DNA of 64,000 nucleotides from the NCBI RefSeq assembly GCF_004353825.1, contig NZ_SMNA01000004.1, forward strand, positions 248,001 to 312,000, in the 5' to 3' direction. Positions 1-8,758 of this stretch are shown here, one piece after another (within the stretch, counting starts at the first letter, position 1; every line of letters begins with the position of its first letter). This DNA is from Occultella glacieicola (lineage in GTDB: Bacteria > Actinomycetota > Actinomycetes > Actinomycetales > Beutenbergiaceae). The notes under the pieces are model-generated. The model was given only the letters and a program-made list of their open reading frames with translations. It was not told where the DNA came from and did no database searches. A program made the position numbers and the translations under genes.

Positions 1-199
1 TGGCTGTGATGCCGTCCATCCCCGGCATCTCCACGTCGAGCAGGGCGACGTCCGGGTGGTGCCGCCGGGCGGCCGGGAGCACCTCGTCGCCGGAGCCCAC
101 CTCGGCGACGACCTCGAGGTCGGACTCGAGGCCGAGCAGGGCGGCCAGCGCCCCGCGCACGAGCGACTGGTCGTCGGCGAGGAGCAGTCTGATCGTCAC
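1..199 (-). CDS. NarL/DesR-like response regulator, N-terminal part (runs off window)
   Basis: Manual translation of the minus strand: MTIRLLLADDQSLVRGALAALLGLESDLEVVAEVG...PDVALLDVEMPGMDGI (receiver domain). GTG start overlaps the kinase stop (GTGA 196-199). Confidence 0.9.
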   Translation of the reverse strand, partial: MTIRLLLADDQSLVRGALAALLGLESDLEVVAEVGSGDEVLPAARRHHPDVALLDVEMPGMDGITA

Positions 200-1329
200 C
201 GGGCCACCACCCGGAGCCGGAACCCGGACGCCGTCGACTCGGTGCTGACCCGGGCGCCCACCGCCGCCGCCCGTTCGCGCAGACCGCGCAGGCCGTGCCC
301 GTCGGTGGCGTCCGGCTGCGGCGCGCCCGAACCGTCGTCGCCGATCTCGACGGTGTCCGCGGTGAGGGTGACGGTGCAGGTCCGGGCGTGGCTGTGCCGG
401 ATCACGTTCGTGACCCCCTCGCGGACCGTCCAGGCGAACAGGTCCCGGAGCCGGGTGGGGACCGCATCGACGGACGCGGGCAGGTCCGCGTGGATGCCGG
501 CAGCGCGCAGGGCGGCCCGGGCGCGGGCGAGTTCACCGGTCAGGGTCAGGTCCCGGTAGCCGGTCACGGTCCGGCGCACGTCCGCGAGCGCGTCCCGGGA
601 GAGCCGTTCCACGTCGGCCAGTTCCGCGCCGGCGCGCTCGGGATCGAGGGGCAGGAGGCGCTGCGCGAGTTCCGCCTTCACGGTGATCACGGTGAGTGAG
701 TGGCCGAGGATGTCATGCAGATCCCGGGCGAAGGAGTTGCGCTGCTCCTCCAGGGCGAGCCGGGCGTTCTCCTCGCGGATCCGCAGCAGTTCGATGTTGC
801 GGTTGATCGCCATGGTCAGCCCCCAGATGGCGAGCGCGGCGACGCCGGTTCCGAACAACAGGCCACGGTCCACCTCCCAGCCCGGCACCAGGAGCGTGGC
901 GAGGTACGTCGCGGCCAGGATCGCGCCCACGCCGGCCCAGGCCCACCAGCCCGGTAGGCACATGACGGCGATCACGGCCAGGTACACCGCGGTGGCGGTG
1001 CCGATCTGGCCGAGACTCAGGCAGATGACCACGGCCAGGGCGACCTCGACGGCCAGGGCCGCGGCCGCCGTCGTGCGGTGTTCGAAGGGCCGGAACGGCC
1101 CACCCGGCCGGCGCCGGAACCGCAGGGCCAGGAAGATCGTCAGGTAGACCGCCGCGAACGCGACCGTGGCGACGAGGCCGACCCACCCGGCCACCGTGTC
1201 CCGCCGGCTCCAGGCGACCTCCAGCGGGTTGAGCAGGTAGAACAGCCAGACCGCGGCGAACAGCACGCCCCACCGGCGGGGGCCGGTCCGGGCGTCGCCG
1301 GGGGCACGTTCGACGGTCACGACCGTCAC
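196..1329 (-). CDS. DesK-like membrane sensor histidine kinase (HisKA_3)
   Basis: N-terminal TM helices; ARDLHDILGHSL H-box; REGVTNVIRHS N-box; DDGSG and GHGLRGLRER G-boxes. Confidence 0.93.
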   Translation of the reverse strand: MTVVTVERAPGDARTGPRRWGVLFAAVWLFYLLNPLEVAWSRRDTVAGWVGLVATVAFAAVYLTIFLALRFRRRPGGPFRPFEHRTTAAAALAVEVALAVVICLSLGQIGTATAVYLAVIAVMCLPGWWAWAGVGAILAATYLATLLVPGWEVDRGLLFGTGVAALAIWGLTMAINRNIELLRIREENARLALEEQRNSFARDLHDILGHSLTVITVKAELAQRLLPLDPERAGAELADVERLSRDALADVRRTVTGYRDLTLTGELARARAALRAAGIHADLPASVDAVPTRLRDLFAWTVREGVTNVIRHSHARTCTVTLTADTVEIGDDGSGAPQPDATDGHGLRGLRERAAAVGARVSTESTASGFRLRVVAR

Positions 1330-1350
1330 CGTAGTCCTCGCCGCCGCCGA

Positions 1351-2151
1351 TCAGACCCGGGCGGTGTCCCGGCTCATCCGCCACGCGGCTCCGGCCACGA
1401 AGATCCCGAGCCACGCCACCGCGTTCAGGACGGCGTACCAGGGAAGGTCGCCGGTCAGGACGGACCGGGAGATCTCCGCCACGCCGAACATCGGGGTGAA
1501 GGACGCGATGTGCCACATCAGCGAGCCCTGCGTGATCGGGATGAACACGTTGCCGAGGAACGCGAACAGGGCGAGCCCAGGACCGAGGATCTGCATCGCA
1601 TTCTCGCTCGGCACCAGGTAGCCGACGAACACGCCGAGCGCCGCGAACACGAGCGTGCAGATGAGGGTCAGGACGGCACTCGCGATCCAGGTGCCGACGT
1701 CCATCGAGGGCCTGCCCTGGGCCACGCCCGCGATGTTGACGACTCCGATCGCCAGCGCGCCGAGCGTGAGCGCGAGCAGCGCCTTGGTGAGGATGTACGC
1801 CGTCGGGCTCAGCGGCGTCAGCCGCAACTGTCGGGACCAGCCCTGCGCCCGCTCCACCGCGACCATGGCGCCGGCCGACGCCGCGGTGAGCGCGGCGCCG
1901 TAGAAAGCCATCGAGACCATCACGTACGCGGCGACGTTCCCGCGGCCGACCGTGGTGTTCCACTCCTCCTGGCCGCCGAACGCGAGGAACAGCGCGATCG
2001 GGAACACCAGCGTGAAGATGATCGTGCGGCGGTTGCGCAGGGTCCGACGCAGCTCGATGCCGAGCATGGTGGCGTTGAAGCCGCCCAGTGGCGGCACCCG
2101 GCGTGTGTCCGGGTCGAAGGAGTCGGGCAGAGGTGCGGTCGAGGTGGTCAT
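1351..2151 (-). CDS. ABC-2 type exporter permease
   Basis: About 6 TM segments, VAVERAQGWSRQLRLTP motif, overlaps the ABC ATPase gene. Confidence 0.9.
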   Translation of the reverse strand: MTTSTAPLPDSFDPDTRRVPPLGGFNATMLGIELRRTLRNRRTIIFTLVFPIALFLAFGGQEEWNTTVGRGNVAAYVMVSMAFYGAALTAASAGAMVAVERAQGWSRQLRLTPLSPTAYILTKALLALTLGALAIGVVNIAGVAQGRPSMDVGTWIASAVLTLICTLVFAALGVFVGYLVPSENAMQILGPGLALFAFLGNVFIPITQGSLMWHIASFTPMFGVAEISRSVLTGDLPWYAVLNAVAWLGIFVAGAAWRMSRDTARV

Positions 2152-3113
2152 CGTGGGCTCCCATCGGTGCTGTCGCTGCTGTCGCTGCTGTCGGAACTGC
2201 CGGTCAGGCGCAGGAACGCCTCCTCGATGCCCTTCGAGACGATCTCGAGGTCGGTGGCGTCGGTCCGGTCGAGCAGGTAGCGGGCGACGGCGTCGCTGTC
2301 GCCGGCGTGGACGGTCAGTCGGTCGCCGGTCAGGTTGACCGAGTCGACGCCCGCGATCGCCGCGATCGCCGTCGTGTCGACGCGGCCCACCGAGGCCCGG
2401 ACGGTGCGGCCCGAGGCGAGCGCCCGGATCTGTGCGCCGCTGCCGTCCGCGACGATCCGGCCCTGGCTGATCAGCACGATGCGGTCGGCGTACTGGTCGG
2501 CCTCCTCGAGGTAGTGGGTGGCGAACAGCACAGTGCGCCCGGTGTCGGTGTCCCGGCGGATCGAGTTCCAGAACGCGCGGCGCCCCTCGACGTCCATGCC
2601 GGTGGTCGGCTCATCGAGCAGCAGCAGGGCCGGGTTCGACAGCAATGCCATCGCGAACCGCAGTCGCTGCTGTTCGCCGCCCGAGCACCGGCCCACCTTG
2701 CGGTCGGCGATGTCGGCGATGCCGGCGGTCGCGAGGACCTCGGCGACCGGACGGGTGTCCACGAAGAGGCTGGCGGTGTAGGCGACGGTCTCGCGGACGG
2801 TGAGGTCCTTGAGGAGCCCGCCGGTCTGCATGACCGCCGAGACCAGGCCGCGGGCGATGGCGTGGCGGGGCGCCAGCCCGAGCACCCGGACCTCGCCGGA
2901 GGTGGGCTCGCTCAGCCCGAGGATCATGTCGATGGTGGTCGTCTTGCCTGCGCCGTTCGGGCCGAGGAAGGCGACCACCTCGCCGGGATGGATCTCCAGG
3001 TCGATGCCGCGCACGGCGCGCACCTGGCCGAAGTCCTTGGTCACCCCGGTGAGGCCGACGGCGGCCCGCCGGGTCGGGAGCGTCGCTGTCGGTCGTGTGG
3101 TCGTTTCGGTCAT
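2148..3113 (-). CDS. ABC transporter ATP-binding protein
   Basis: Walker A GPNGAGKTT, signature CSGGEQQR, Walker B LLLDEPT, H-loop ATHYLEEA. Confidence 0.95.
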   Translation of the reverse strand: MTETTTRPTATLPTRRAAVGLTGVTKDFGQVRAVRGIDLEIHPGEVVAFLGPNGAGKTTTIDMILGLSEPTSGEVRVLGLAPRHAIARGLVSAVMQTGGLLKDLTVRETVAYTASLFVDTRPVAEVLATAGIADIADRKVGRCSGGEQQRLRFAMALLSNPALLLLDEPTTGMDVEGRRAFWNSIRRDTDTGRTVLFATHYLEEADQYADRIVLISQGRIVADGSGAQIRALASGRTVRASVGRVDTTAIAAIAGVDSVNLTGDRLTVHAGDSDAVARYLLDRTDATDLEIVSKGIEEAFLRLTGSSDSSDSSDSTDGSPR

Positions 3114-3157
3114 GCCTCCAGCGTGCGGCGCCGCCGGGCGGGGCGCCTACGCCGGTC

Positions 3158-3184
3158 GTCACGATCGGTGCGTGACATATGTCA
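3158..3184. promoter_or_regulatory. Palindromic site upstream of the ABC/two-component operon (candidate response-regulator box)
   Basis: Perfect palindrome TGACATATGTCA at 3173-3184, overlapping GTCACG-N7-CGTGAC at 3158-3176. Confidence 0.5.
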
Positions 3185-3189
3185 GGCGT

Positions 3190-3579
3190 CTACTTGCGGA
3201 TGACCTTCTCGATCGACATCACGAGGATCACGCGGTCCGCGGAGTCCGGCGGGGCCGGGGTGTCCGGCGTGCCGTAACGGGCGCCGAGCACCTGGTAGAA
3301 CGCGCCGGTCGGGTCCGGCACCGCCTCGGTGAGCCGGCCGCGGGCCTCGATGAACCGGTACGGGTCCGCCGGGTCCGGCACCACGAGCGCCATCCCCGGG
3401 TTGCCCTGCAGGTTGCGGTACTTCGCTCGCTTGGTGGTGTGGGTGAACTTCAGGACGCCGTCCTCGAACAGGAACCACATGGGCTCCACCTGCGGGAAGC
3501 CGTCCGGGCGCACCGTGGCCAGGTGCCCGACGTTGGCGTTCTCGAGGAGGTCGGTCAGGTCTGCGGGAATCTCTGCCAT
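3190..3579 (-). CDS. PPOX-class F420-dependent oxidoreductase
   Basis: LATVRPDGFPQVEPMWF...KYRNL..NP..AL split-barrel pattern; leaderless -10 TAGGCT 6 nt upstream of the start. Confidence 0.88.
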   Translation of the reverse strand: MAEIPADLTDLLENANVGHLATVRPDGFPQVEPMWFLFEDGVLKFTHTTKRAKYRNLQGNPGMALVVPDPADPYRFIEARGRLTEAVPDPTGAFYQVLGARYGTPDTPAPPDSADRVILVMSIEKVIRK

Positions 3580-3627
3580 CTCGCCAGCCTATGACGTGGC
3601 GCGGCGACCTCGGGCGCAGCGGCCGGT

Positions 3628-4398
3628 TCAGTGGTGGTGACCGGTCCGGCCGAGGGTCGCCACCGGGCCGGCGCCGGGTCGGGTCCACTGCGGCACCGGA
3701 CGGCTGGTGCCGTCCCAGGTGGAGTTCCCGTCGGCGTCCGTGCGCCAGTACCAGCACGCGTGCTGCCCCTGCGGCCAGCCCTGGGGGTTGTCCTCCCACG
3801 CCTCGCCGCGGCCGTACGGGGTCAGGTCCAGGAGGTGGAAGGGGCCGGCGATCTCGTTGCCACGGCCGGTTGTGGAGTAGGTGAGGAACACCCGGTCGCC
3901 GTCGCGAAGGAAGCAGGCGAGGTTGCCCATCTCGCCACCGATCGGGGCCGGAGCATCCCGCACCGAGTACCAGGGCTGGGTGTAGCCCATGAACGCGACG
4001 TAGGGGGCCACCTCCTCCCACCCACCCGTGGTCACGATGGCCAGTGAGACACCGCGCGCGTTGAGATAGGCGGCGTCCTTCAGATGCCAGGCGGCGACGG
4101 TGCATCCCTCGCACTGGCCCTGGTGGGGTGCGCCGTCGTGCCACATGTGCTGGTAGATCAGGAGCTCGTCGCGGCCCTCGAACAGATCGAGGAACGGGAC
4201 CGGGCCGTCCGGCCCGGTGACCTCGACGCTGCCGTCCACCTCGACCATCGGCAGCCGGCGACGGGCCGCGGCGAGGTCGTCGCCCGCGTGGGTGTGGGCC
4301 TTCTCGCGGACCAGGAGTTCGTCCCGGGCGGACTGCCAGGAGTCCATGTCGACGACCGCCGGACGGGCGCCGCTCGCGTGGTGGGGCGTGGTGGTCAT
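3628..4398 (-). CDS. DUF899 family thioredoxin-like protein
   Basis: ELLVREKAHTH..D.LAAARRRLPMV, LFEGRDEL, QCEGCT, LDLTPYGRGE.WED motifs. RBS GGAGGA before ATG 4398. Confidence 0.88.
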   Translation of the reverse strand: MTTTPHHASGARPAVVDMDSWQSARDELLVREKAHTHAGDDLAAARRRLPMVEVDGSVEVTGPDGPVPFLDLFEGRDELLIYQHMWHDGAPHQGQCEGCTVAAWHLKDAAYLNARGVSLAIVTTGGWEEVAPYVAFMGYTQPWYSVRDAPAPIGGEMGNLACFLRDGDRVFLTYSTTGRGNEIAGPFHLLDLTPYGRGEAWEDNPQGWPQGQHACWYWRTDADGNSTWDGTSRPVPQWTRPGAGPVATLGRTGHHH

Positions 4399-4424
4399 GT
4401 GGTCCTCCGTTGGTTCTCGTCTGT

Positions 4425-4474
4425 TCTCGTGAGCACGAGTAGGTCTCGTGGGCACGAGTGGACTCTCGTGGGCA
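4425..4474. repeat. Three tandem copies of a short palindrome TCTCGTG(A/G)GCACGAGT
   Basis: Copies at 4425-4440 and 4444-4459, partial copy at 4464-4474. Confidence 0.8.
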
Positions 4475-4504
4475 GAACGCGGCGGCCCGTCCGGGCTCAC
4501 CGGG

Positions 4505-4535
4505 GACAGACCGGTTGTCGCGCGCGAACTCATCG
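4505..4535 (-). promoter_or_regulatory. Candidate ECF sigma (SigG/ECF56-like) promoter of the DUF899 gene
   Basis: Minus strand reads CGATGA-N18-GTCTGTC; the mycobacterial SigG consensus as I recall it is CGATGA-N18-GTCNNTA. Confidence 0.55.
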
Positions 4536-4612
4536 GCGGCCGCGGCAGAGTTGGGCATCGGGCCGGCGCCAGATGCGTGGGCAAGGTCACAGACCTCGCG
4601 TCCGCAGGTAGT

Positions 4613-4634
4613 TGCACTGAGTGCATCGGTGCAC
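4613..4634. promoter_or_regulatory. Candidate TetR operator
   Basis: Overlapping palindromes TGCACT-G-AGTGCA (4613-4625) and GTGCA-TCGG-TGCAC (4621-4634) just before the TetR start. Confidence 0.55.
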
Positions 4635-4647
4635 TTAATGTAAGAAG

Positions 4648-5298
4648 GTGCTTCGGACCCCTCCCGACGGCGACCGCCGTACCGCGCTGAAGGCGCGGCA
4701 CCGGCGCGCCATCATCGACGCCGCAGCGGTGCTGATCGACGAGACGGGCGTCGCCACGTTCACCGTCGACGAGCTCGCGGCGCGTGCGGATGTCTCCCGG
4801 CGCACGATCTTCAACCACTTCGACTCGATCGACGACGTCGTCACGACCGTCTGCAGCGAGGTGCTCGAGGGCGTGCTGGACGAGTTCATGGTCCGCCCGC
4901 CGGCGACCGGCGCCGTCGACATGTTCGACGAACTCGCCGACGTGCTCCGGGCCACCGACCTGGTACCGCCGATGGCCTACCTGACCCGGGTGATCGGCAT
5001 GGAGGACCCCGGCGACCCGTCCCCGCGTCAGGCCGTGATGTTGCTGAGCGCCTTCACCGACGTCAGCCAGCGGCTCTCCGACGAACTCACCACGCGTCAT
5101 CCCGGCACCGACCTGCTCGACATCCACCTCATGGTCAGCGCGCTCTTCGGTGGGCTGGTCGTGCTGCACCGGTACTGGTTCGAGGCCACCGGGGCTGCCG
5201 TGGACTCGGAGTCCCGACGCGTCTGGTCGGACCTGCTCGAGCGCCTCATCATCGCCACCCGGACCGGGCACCGCGCCTCCTCCACACCTCTCGCATGA
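4648..5298 (+). CDS. TetR/AcrR family transcriptional regulator
   Basis: HTH FTVDELAARADVSRRTIFNHF; lies upstream of MMPL. Confidence 0.92.
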   Translation: MLRTPPDGDRRTALKARHRRAIIDAAAVLIDETGVATFTVDELAARADVSRRTIFNHFDSIDDVVTTVCSEVLEGVLDEFMVRPPATGAVDMFDELADVLRATDLVPPMAYLTRVIGMEDPGDPSPRQAVMLLSAFTDVSQRLSDELTTRHPGTDLLDIHLMVSALFGGLVVLHRYWFEATGAAVDSESRRVWSDLLERLIIATRTGHRASSTPLA

Positions 5299-5438
5299 GC
5301 ACGAGGCGGACCCGGTCACCCGCGACCCGCTGATCACGACCACACCACTCCCCACCGACCCACCGAACCGAGACCGTTCCGCCCGCCCACCCGGCGGCGG
5401 CCCGCGCCCGGCAAAACCATTGAGCCGAAGGAAACCCC

Positions 5439-7838
5439 ATGGCTGAACTCCTGTACCGCCTAGGCCGCTTCGCCGCGCGCCGGGCTCGCACCGTGATCGC
5501 CGTCTGGCTCGCCGTCCTGGTTCTGGCCGGCGGCGCCTTCGCGGTGGCCGGCGGGACCCTCTCGACGAGCATCTCCATCCCCGGAACCCCGACGACCGAG
5601 GTCACCGACCGGCTCGCGGACGAGTTCCCCGAGGCCTCCGGCGGCACCGGAACGGTCGTGCTGCGGACCGAGGACGGCTCCGCGTTCACCGCGGAGCAGC
5701 AGGCCCAGATCGCGGAGCGGCTCGCCGAGGGGGCCGAGGTCGACGGCGTCACCGCCGTCATCGACCCGTTCGTCACGGAGACCCAGCGGGCCACCCAGCA
5801 GGCCGAGCTCGAGGGGGGCCTGGCGCAACTCGACCAGGCCATCGCCGCGCAGGGCGAGACGCCGGAACTCGCGGCCCAGCGGGCCGGCCTCGAGATGGGC
5901 GCCGCCCTGCTCGAGATGGCCGCCGAGACCCGGCAGGTCTCCGACGACGGCGCCACCGCGCTCGCCACGATCGCGTTCGAGGACCCGGCGTTCTCGATCC
6001 CGCAGGAGACCAAGGACGCCGTCGTGGCCGTCTTCGACGAACCGATCGACGGCGTCACCGTGGACCTCTCCGCCGACATCACCCAGGGCATCCCCGAGCT
6101 GTTCGGGGTCGGCGAGGTGATCGGCCTGCTCGTCGCCGCCGTCGTGCTGGTGATCATGCTCGGCACCCTCATCGGGGCCGGTCTGCCGATCCTGACCGCG
6201 CTGATCGGCGTGGGCATCGGCGCGCTCGGTGCGCTGTCCCTGTCCGGCGTGGTGGAGATGGTCTCGGTCACCCCCGTGCTCGGGCTCATGCTCGGTCTGG
6301 CCGTCGGAATCGACTACTCCCTGTTCATCATCAACCGGCACCGGCGACAGCTGAAGCAGGGCGAGGACCTCCACGAGTCGATCGGTCTCGCGAACGGCAC
6401 CTCCGGCAACGCCGTGGTCTTCGCCGGCGCGACCGTCCTGATCGCGCTGCTCGCGCTGAACATCACCGGGATCCCGTTCCTCGGCCTGATGGGCACGGTC
6501 GGGGCGTTCTGCATCCTGGTCGCCGTGTTGATCGCCGTGACGCTGACCCCGGCCCTGCTCGGCCTGGTCGGAACCCGGATCCTGTCCCGCAAGGAGCGGG
6601 CCGCCTTGGCGGCCGGCACCGAGAACGGCGCCACCCCGGCCGCCCCCGCCGCGCCCCAGCCGATGTCCACCGCCCGTGCGATCGGCCGCGTGGTGATCGG
6701 GATCGCCGCCCTGGTGATCATCGCCCTGCCGGCCCTGGACCTGCGCCTGAATCTGCCCGACGGTTCCTCGGAACCCTCGGACTCGACCCAGTACCGCGCC
6801 TACACGACCATCGCCGAGGAGTTCGGCGAGGGCCGCAACGGTCCGCTGCTGGTGGTCGCGGATCTGCCCGAGGGGACGACCGAGGAGGAGGCGATGCTCG
6901 CCCAGGTCGAGGTCGGCCAGGCCCTGTTCGCGCAGGACGACGTGGTCGCCGTCGCCCCGATCGGCACCTCCGAGGACTTCGGCGTCGTCGCGTTCCAGGT
7001 GGTCCCGGCCGACGGGCCGACCAGTGAGTCCACCGAGACCCTGGTGCACACCCTGCGGGCGGCGTCACCGCTCGAGGGCACCTACGAGATCGGCGTGGCC
7101 GGCTCCGCGAGCGGCAACATCGACATCTCGGACAAGTTGGCCGGCGCCCTGCCGATCTACCTGGCCGTCGTGGTCGGGCTCTCCCTGATCATCCTGATCC
7201 TGGTGTTCCGCTCGATCTTCGTGCCGGTGATCGCCACCCTCGGGTTCATCCTGTCCTACTTCGCGGCCCTCGGCGGCGTGGTCGCGATCTACCAGTGGGG
7301 CTGGCTGGCCCCCGTCTTCGGCGTGGACACCCCGGGCCCGATCCTGAACTTCCTCCCGACGATCCTGGTCGGCATCCTGTTCGGTCTGGCCATGGACTAC
7401 ATGCTGTTCCTCGGTTCCGGCATGCGCGAGGCCTACGCCCACGGCGCCCCGGCGCGGGTCGCCGTCGTGCAGGGCGTGCGGGCGGGCCGGACCGTGGTCA
7501 CCGCCGCCGCGATCATCATGATCTCGGTGTTCGGCGGGTTCGTCTTCTCCCACAGTGCCATGATCCGGCCGATCGGGTTCGCGCTCGCGTTCGGTGTGCT
7601 CGTCGACGCGTTCGTGGTGCGGATGCTGATCATCCCGGCGCTGATGCACCTCGCCGGGGACAAGGCCTGGTGGTTGCCGCGCTGGCTGGACCGGATCCTT
7701 CCGGACGTGGACGTCGAGGGTGCGAAGCTCGAGCGGCGCCACGGTCACGGCGCCGAGGCGTCCGACATCCCGGCCGGGTCCGAGGCCGCCGACGGCGGAG
7801 CGGGCTCCGAGCGCGAAGGCGCCGCGGTCTCGGGCTGA
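5439..7838 (+). CDS. MMPL family (RND) transporter
   Basis: MAELLYRLGRF start; two MMPL repeats with GLAVGIDYSLF and GLAMDYMLF; C-terminal WWLPRWLDRILP. Confidence 0.95.
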   Translation: MAELLYRLGRFAARRARTVIAVWLAVLVLAGGAFAVAGGTLSTSISIPGTPTTEVTDRLADEFPEASGGTGTVVLRTEDGSAFTAEQQAQIAERLAEGAEVDGVTAVIDPFVTETQRATQQAELEGGLAQLDQAIAAQGETPELAAQRAGLEMGAALLEMAAETRQVSDDGATALATIAFEDPAFSIPQETKDAVVAVFDEPIDGVTVDLSADITQGIPELFGVGEVIGLLVAAVVLVIMLGTLIGAGLPILTALIGVGIGALGALSLSGVVEMVSVTPVLGLMLGLAVGIDYSLFIINRHRRQLKQGEDLHESIGLANGTSGNAVVFAGATVLIALLALNITGIPFLGLMGTVGAFCILVAVLIAVTLTPALLGLVGTRILSRKERAALAAGTENGATPAAPAAPQPMSTARAIGRVVIGIAALVIIALPALDLRLNLPDGSSEPSDSTQYRAYTTIAEEFGEGRNGPLLVVADLPEGTTEEEAMLAQVEVGQALFAQDDVVAVAPIGTSEDFGVVAFQVVPADGPTSESTETLVHTLRAASPLEGTYEIGVAGSASGNIDISDKLAGALPIYLAVVVGLSLIILILVFRSIFVPVIATLGFILSYFAALGGVVAIYQWGWLAPVFGVDTPGPILNFLPTILVGILFGLAMDYMLFLGSGMREAYAHGAPARVAVVQGVRAGRTVVTAAAIIMISVFGGFVFSHSAMIRPIGFALAFGVLVDAFVVRMLIIPALMHLAGDKAWWLPRWLDRILPDVDVEGAKLERRHGHGAEASDIPAGSEAADGGAGSEREGAAVSG

Positions 7839-7957
7839 GGGAGTGCCCCGCACGGGGCCTCCCAGACGGTTGCGGCCCGGTTGCCGCCTCTGCGACGCTG
7901 GCCCGGCCGAGCCGTTGCATGCGGGCCGGTCCGATGCCGCTCGAGCGCAGGAGCACC

Positions 7958-8623
7958 ATGACGGTAGCGAACGAACCGACCGATCGGCCCGGCGGTTGGC
8001 GGTCCTGGGTCAGCATCGGTGTTCGGGTGCTCGTCGTAGCGTTGGTGATCAGTGCCGAGATCTACCTCATCGTCGTGACCGGGGACCTCTATGTCCCGGC
8101 GAACCACTTCAGCTATTTCACGATCCTCAGCAATGTGTTCGCCGCCGTCCTGTTCGCGGTGTCGCTGGTGCGGCCGGTTCCGGATGGGGTCCGCGGGGCA
8201 GCCGTGACGTTCCTGCTCCTCACCGGAGTCGTCGCCAACACGCTGCTGCTCGGTGTGGAGGTGCAGACACCGGCCTACGCGAACGTCGTGCTGCACATGG
8301 TGGTACCCGTCCTGGTGCTGGTGGACTGGCTGGTCGCACCTCCGCGGACCCGGTTGACGACCAAGCACCTCCTCGCCTGGATGCTCATCCCGATCGCCTA
8401 CCTCGTCTACAGCCTCGTCCGGGGCGCCCTGGTGGACTGGTATCCGTATCCGTTCCTGGACCCGCGCGAGCAGGGCTACGGGATGGTCGCCGTCATGAGT
8501 CTCGTGGTGGCCGTCGCCTTCGGTGCCTGCGCTGCGCTCGTCATCTGGTCCGGCAACCGCCTGCAGCGGCGCCGCCGGGACTCCGGCGGTGTGTCGGTGC
8601 CCGAGGTGGCGGGGCCGGCCTGA
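7958..8623 (+). CDS. Pr6Pr family membrane protein
   Basis: FSYFTILSN, LHMVVP...DW, RG..VDWYPYPFLDP motifs; RBS AGGAG before ATG 7958. Confidence 0.85.
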   Translation: MTVANEPTDRPGGWRSWVSIGVRVLVVALVISAEIYLIVVTGDLYVPANHFSYFTILSNVFAAVLFAVSLVRPVPDGVRGAAVTFLLLTGVVANTLLLGVEVQTPAYANVVLHMVVPVLVLVDWLVAPPRTRLTTKHLLAWMLIPIAYLVYSLVRGALVDWYPYPFLDPREQGYGMVAVMSLVVAVAFGACAALVIWSGNRLQRRRRDSGGVSVPEVAGPA

Positions 8624-8650
8624 CCCTTCCGGATTGCTGAGCCCTGTATT

Positions 8651-8728
8651 CCGCCGAGGAAGGTACGAAGCCCTCGAGACCGCCCGTCGGTGCGGGCGGT
8701 CTCGAGGGCGTGGCGACTTCCTCGGCGG
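8651..8728. repeat. Long hairpin / REP-like palindrome, family 1, copy A (probably also a bidirectional terminator)
   Basis: Inner arms GCCCTCGAGACCGCCCG/CGGGCGGTCTCGAGGGC (8670-8709); outer arms CCGCCGAGGAAG/CTTCCTCGGCGG; between convergent genes; second copy at 14243-14296. Confidence 0.8.
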
Positions 8729-8758
8729 GTGGGCGCCGGGCGGGTCAGGGGCGGCGGG

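Noticed and set aside
2167..2194. 9-bp repeat encoding SSDSSDSSD at the ABC ATPase C-terminus
   Set aside because: Short in-frame slippage in a disordered tail; no sign of phase variation.
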